A stretch of DNA of 64,000 bases from Microthyrium microscopicum. Lineage: Eukaryota. Shown piece after piece: positions 61,879 through 64,000 of the stretch. Location of the stretch: the NCBI GenBank assembly GCA_010405405.1, contig MU004231.1, forward strand, positions 2,185,860-2,249,859, in the 5' to 3' direction. A model generated the notes under the pieces. It saw nothing but the letters and a program-made list of their open reading frames with translations. It did not search any database and was not told the DNA's origin. Position 1 is the first letter of the stretch. Each line of letters starts with the position of its first letter. The translations under genes and the position numbers were made by a program.

Positions 61879-62367
61879 TTAACCTTCTTGTCGTCGACGG
61901 CGTTCAAGCTCGTCCTGAGCCTCAACCTCGTCGTTATTCTCTTCCTCCACACGCATTGCTGCGAGGATTTCTTTGGCATCGTCCAAGGTCTTGCACTCGT
62001 AGGCCTCCATAAAGCGTGGAAGAGTCTCTATGGTGCTAAGCCGGTAGACGAAATTAGCCGATGGGATAACCTCGCCCTTCAGCTGTGCTTGTTCGATGGT
62101 TTGCTGGATCTGTTCTTGGAGCTGCGAGAGCTTTGGAGCCTGTTTGGCTTGTTGGTTTTGCTTGGCTTGCCTAAGTGGCCGGAATTTGTCGACGTCTTCG
62201 AGCAATTGGTCAAATAAGGTTCGCGCGCGGTCCCCACGTTGACGGGCGTCTATAATTTGTTGGTGTTTTTGGGTCAGTCGAGCCACGCGAGCTTGCTCGC
62301 GCTCTTTCTCCTCTTCAGTCATTCCACCTTTCTGGCGCTGCTGGCCTGGTCGTTTGTTTTGGGCCAT
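61879..62367 (-). CDS. Hypothetical Q/E/R-rich coiled-coil protein
   Basis: 162-aa ORF with good start context (ACAATGG); no recognised domain. Confidence 0.6.
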   Translation of the reverse strand: MAQNKRPGQQRQKGGMTEEEKEREQARVARLTQKHQQIIDARQRGDRARTLFDQLLEDVDKFRPLRQAKQNQQAKQAPKLSQLQEQIQQTIEQAQLKGEVIPSANFVYRLSTIETLPRFMEAYECKTLDDAKEILAAMRVEEENNDEVEAQDELERRRRQEG

Positions 62368-63460
62368 TGTTTAAAGCACGATGTGCACTTGTTTGCGGGT
62401 GATGTGTAGATTGTTTGTGGATTGACACCGGGAGATAATTGTGGATGTGGTTTGTTTGGTAAGTAATTGGTTAGGAAATGATAGGTCTGGAAATGACTTA
62501 TATGCTGACGAAGGAGCAATCCGACTCCAGAACTATTTCAAAAAGTGATTGTTGGAGCTGTCACTGAGCAACGATTTGAGGTAGCATTGTTGCCTTCCTG
62601 ACCTCACACCTGATATCACTTCAGATCATGGAGGTGCTGTGTAGGGCGGCTTTGATACTACCTCCTGTACAGTAAGTAGTAGTTCGAGGAGAGTAAAGAT
62701 TCATCGCTGATATTAGCAGAGACCAAAATGCGATACGAATTCGTGTCATTTCTTCAAGCAATGCATTCATCTGGAATTTGCCAATTAGACTTGCAATAAG
62801 CTATATATGAGAACAGCAGTCATTACATCGTTTCTACATACCGTACCGATTCACTAAAGCCGTCACATATCTTATCATCATGGTCCTACAAACGTCATCA
62901 ATACGCTTCGTCAGTCAGCTCGTCTATAGCTCCATTGACTCCTGAGGGAAGTGCTTTGGGACAGCATTAGCCATCTTTTCGTGCATCTCTCGTAAAGCTC
63001 ACACGCAACATCGATAGGCTCCAGACAATCTAGAACTACTCTCTAGCGTTAGATTAGGTAGGCCGTTTGAATGGATGATCCCGTCGTCTATGACTGGTTC
63101 TCATTGACCACCCTTCATTATCGACTGTTTTGCCGATCATGCAAATCATTTGGATGCTGATAAGTTATCGAATCGGATAGTAAATATAGTATGTTTACTT
63201 TGAAAAAAGCTATGAGCAGACATCGTGGTCGATGGGAGCATCTGTGCAAATGGCTCACTTATTTTGAAGTCCAAAGGAATCATTCAAACCGCTTATGCAG
63301 GAACGAATCACTTCTAGGACACAAAATTTACACAATTAAATCAATTCCGGAACTTCAAACTAAGACAACAGAACATTCCAAGTAATCAGTACTCAAAGTA
63401 TGAGACAACGGGGCCGCTAAGCGCTGCAACACTCCAAACTACCACCACCACGCTTCTACT

Positions 63461-64000
63461 CTAAGGCTTTTGAACCTGGACCAGCACATAGTCGTTCATT
63501 ACGACCATGCCAGTCTCCTGAGCAACTTTAGAAGCGACCTCAGAAGCCTTTTTCGCAGCACGGTCATACTGCTGCCAGGCTTCGTTTTTATCCGCCTTCC
63601 ATTGGCTGACCAGGCTGTCCTTTGAGGAGTCCTCGAGATAGTCAATGTCATTTGCTGCAACCTTCTCCGCAGCATCTTGGACTTCGATCTCTAGAGCTTC
63701 TGCCTTTACTAGCAGTTTCTCTAGTTCCTCCTCCTCTAGCGGCTCCGGCTTTAGAAGAAGCTTGCGCACTTCTTGCTCCTCCAATTCCTTCTGTTTATCT
63801 TCAGCCTGACTCTTCACCTTGGTTGCTGCGGCAGCTACGATCTCTCGAGCCTGCTCGTGCGCGACTTGCCACTTCGTGTGGTACAAATCCAGGGCGGTTT
63901 TGACTTCTTCTGCTGTCTTGGGGATAGGGATTTTCGATTGTTTGATGAACAATGCTAGGCCTTTATAGCTGAACTGTTCCATGAACTGAGCATCAGTCAT
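63461..64000 (-). CDS. Hypothetical acidic coiled-coil protein (may extend beyond the window)
   Basis: 179-aa ORF reaching the window edge; E/K/A-rich helical composition. Confidence 0.6.
   Translation of the reverse strand: MTDAQFMEQFSYKGLALFIKQSKIPIPKTAEEVKTALDLYHTKWQVAHEQAREIVAAAATKVKSQAEDKQKELEEQEVRKLLLKPEPLEEEELEKLLVKAEALEIEVQDAAEKVAANDIDYLEDSSKDSLVSQWKADKNEAWQQYDRAAKKASEVASKVAQETGMVVMNDYVLVQVQKP

Noticed and set aside
1..64000. tRNA, rRNA or intact transposon genes
   Set aside because: No cloverleaf, rRNA-length match, or transposase/RT/integrase motifs seen by eye; tRNAscan-SE and RepeatMasker would be needed to exclude them.

Overview
Eukaryotic genomic DNA from a filamentous ascomycete (Pezizomycotina-type ~50-nt GT-AG introns with CTAAC/CTGAC branch sites; no prokaryotic features, rRNA, tRNA or CRISPR seen). 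About 28 protein-coding genes. Conserved housekeeping genes: HSP20, SCY1/CEX1-like pseudokinase, nuclear poly(A)-binding RRM protein, Ecl1-family, VPS29, alanine-glyoxylate aminotransferase, STE7-type MAPKK, GRAM-TBC Rab-GAP, ADE6, UBC7, SNO1/PDX2, CBC2, NUP82. They are interspersed with secreted or cell-wall genes (PEBP-GPI, GH81, AA9 LPMO, Agd3-like deacetylase, small secreted proteins) and lineage-specific ORFs. The best signals not shown by the ORF track are: (1) a CUG-initiated 106-codon N-terminal extension of the aminotransferase with a mitochondrial-presequence-like segment and a perfect PTS2; (2) an intron-encoded box C/D-like guide RNA in an apparently non-coding host, antisense to U5 snRNA loop I and to LSU rRNA; (3) a tandem array of four diverged small membrane-protein paralogues sharing an intron position; (4) a weak GC-AG intron in CBC2; (5) long structured introns in the poly(A)-binding gene and in a 6-Cys secreted protein gene. 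All calls come from reading the sequence by eye; no database search or folding program was run.
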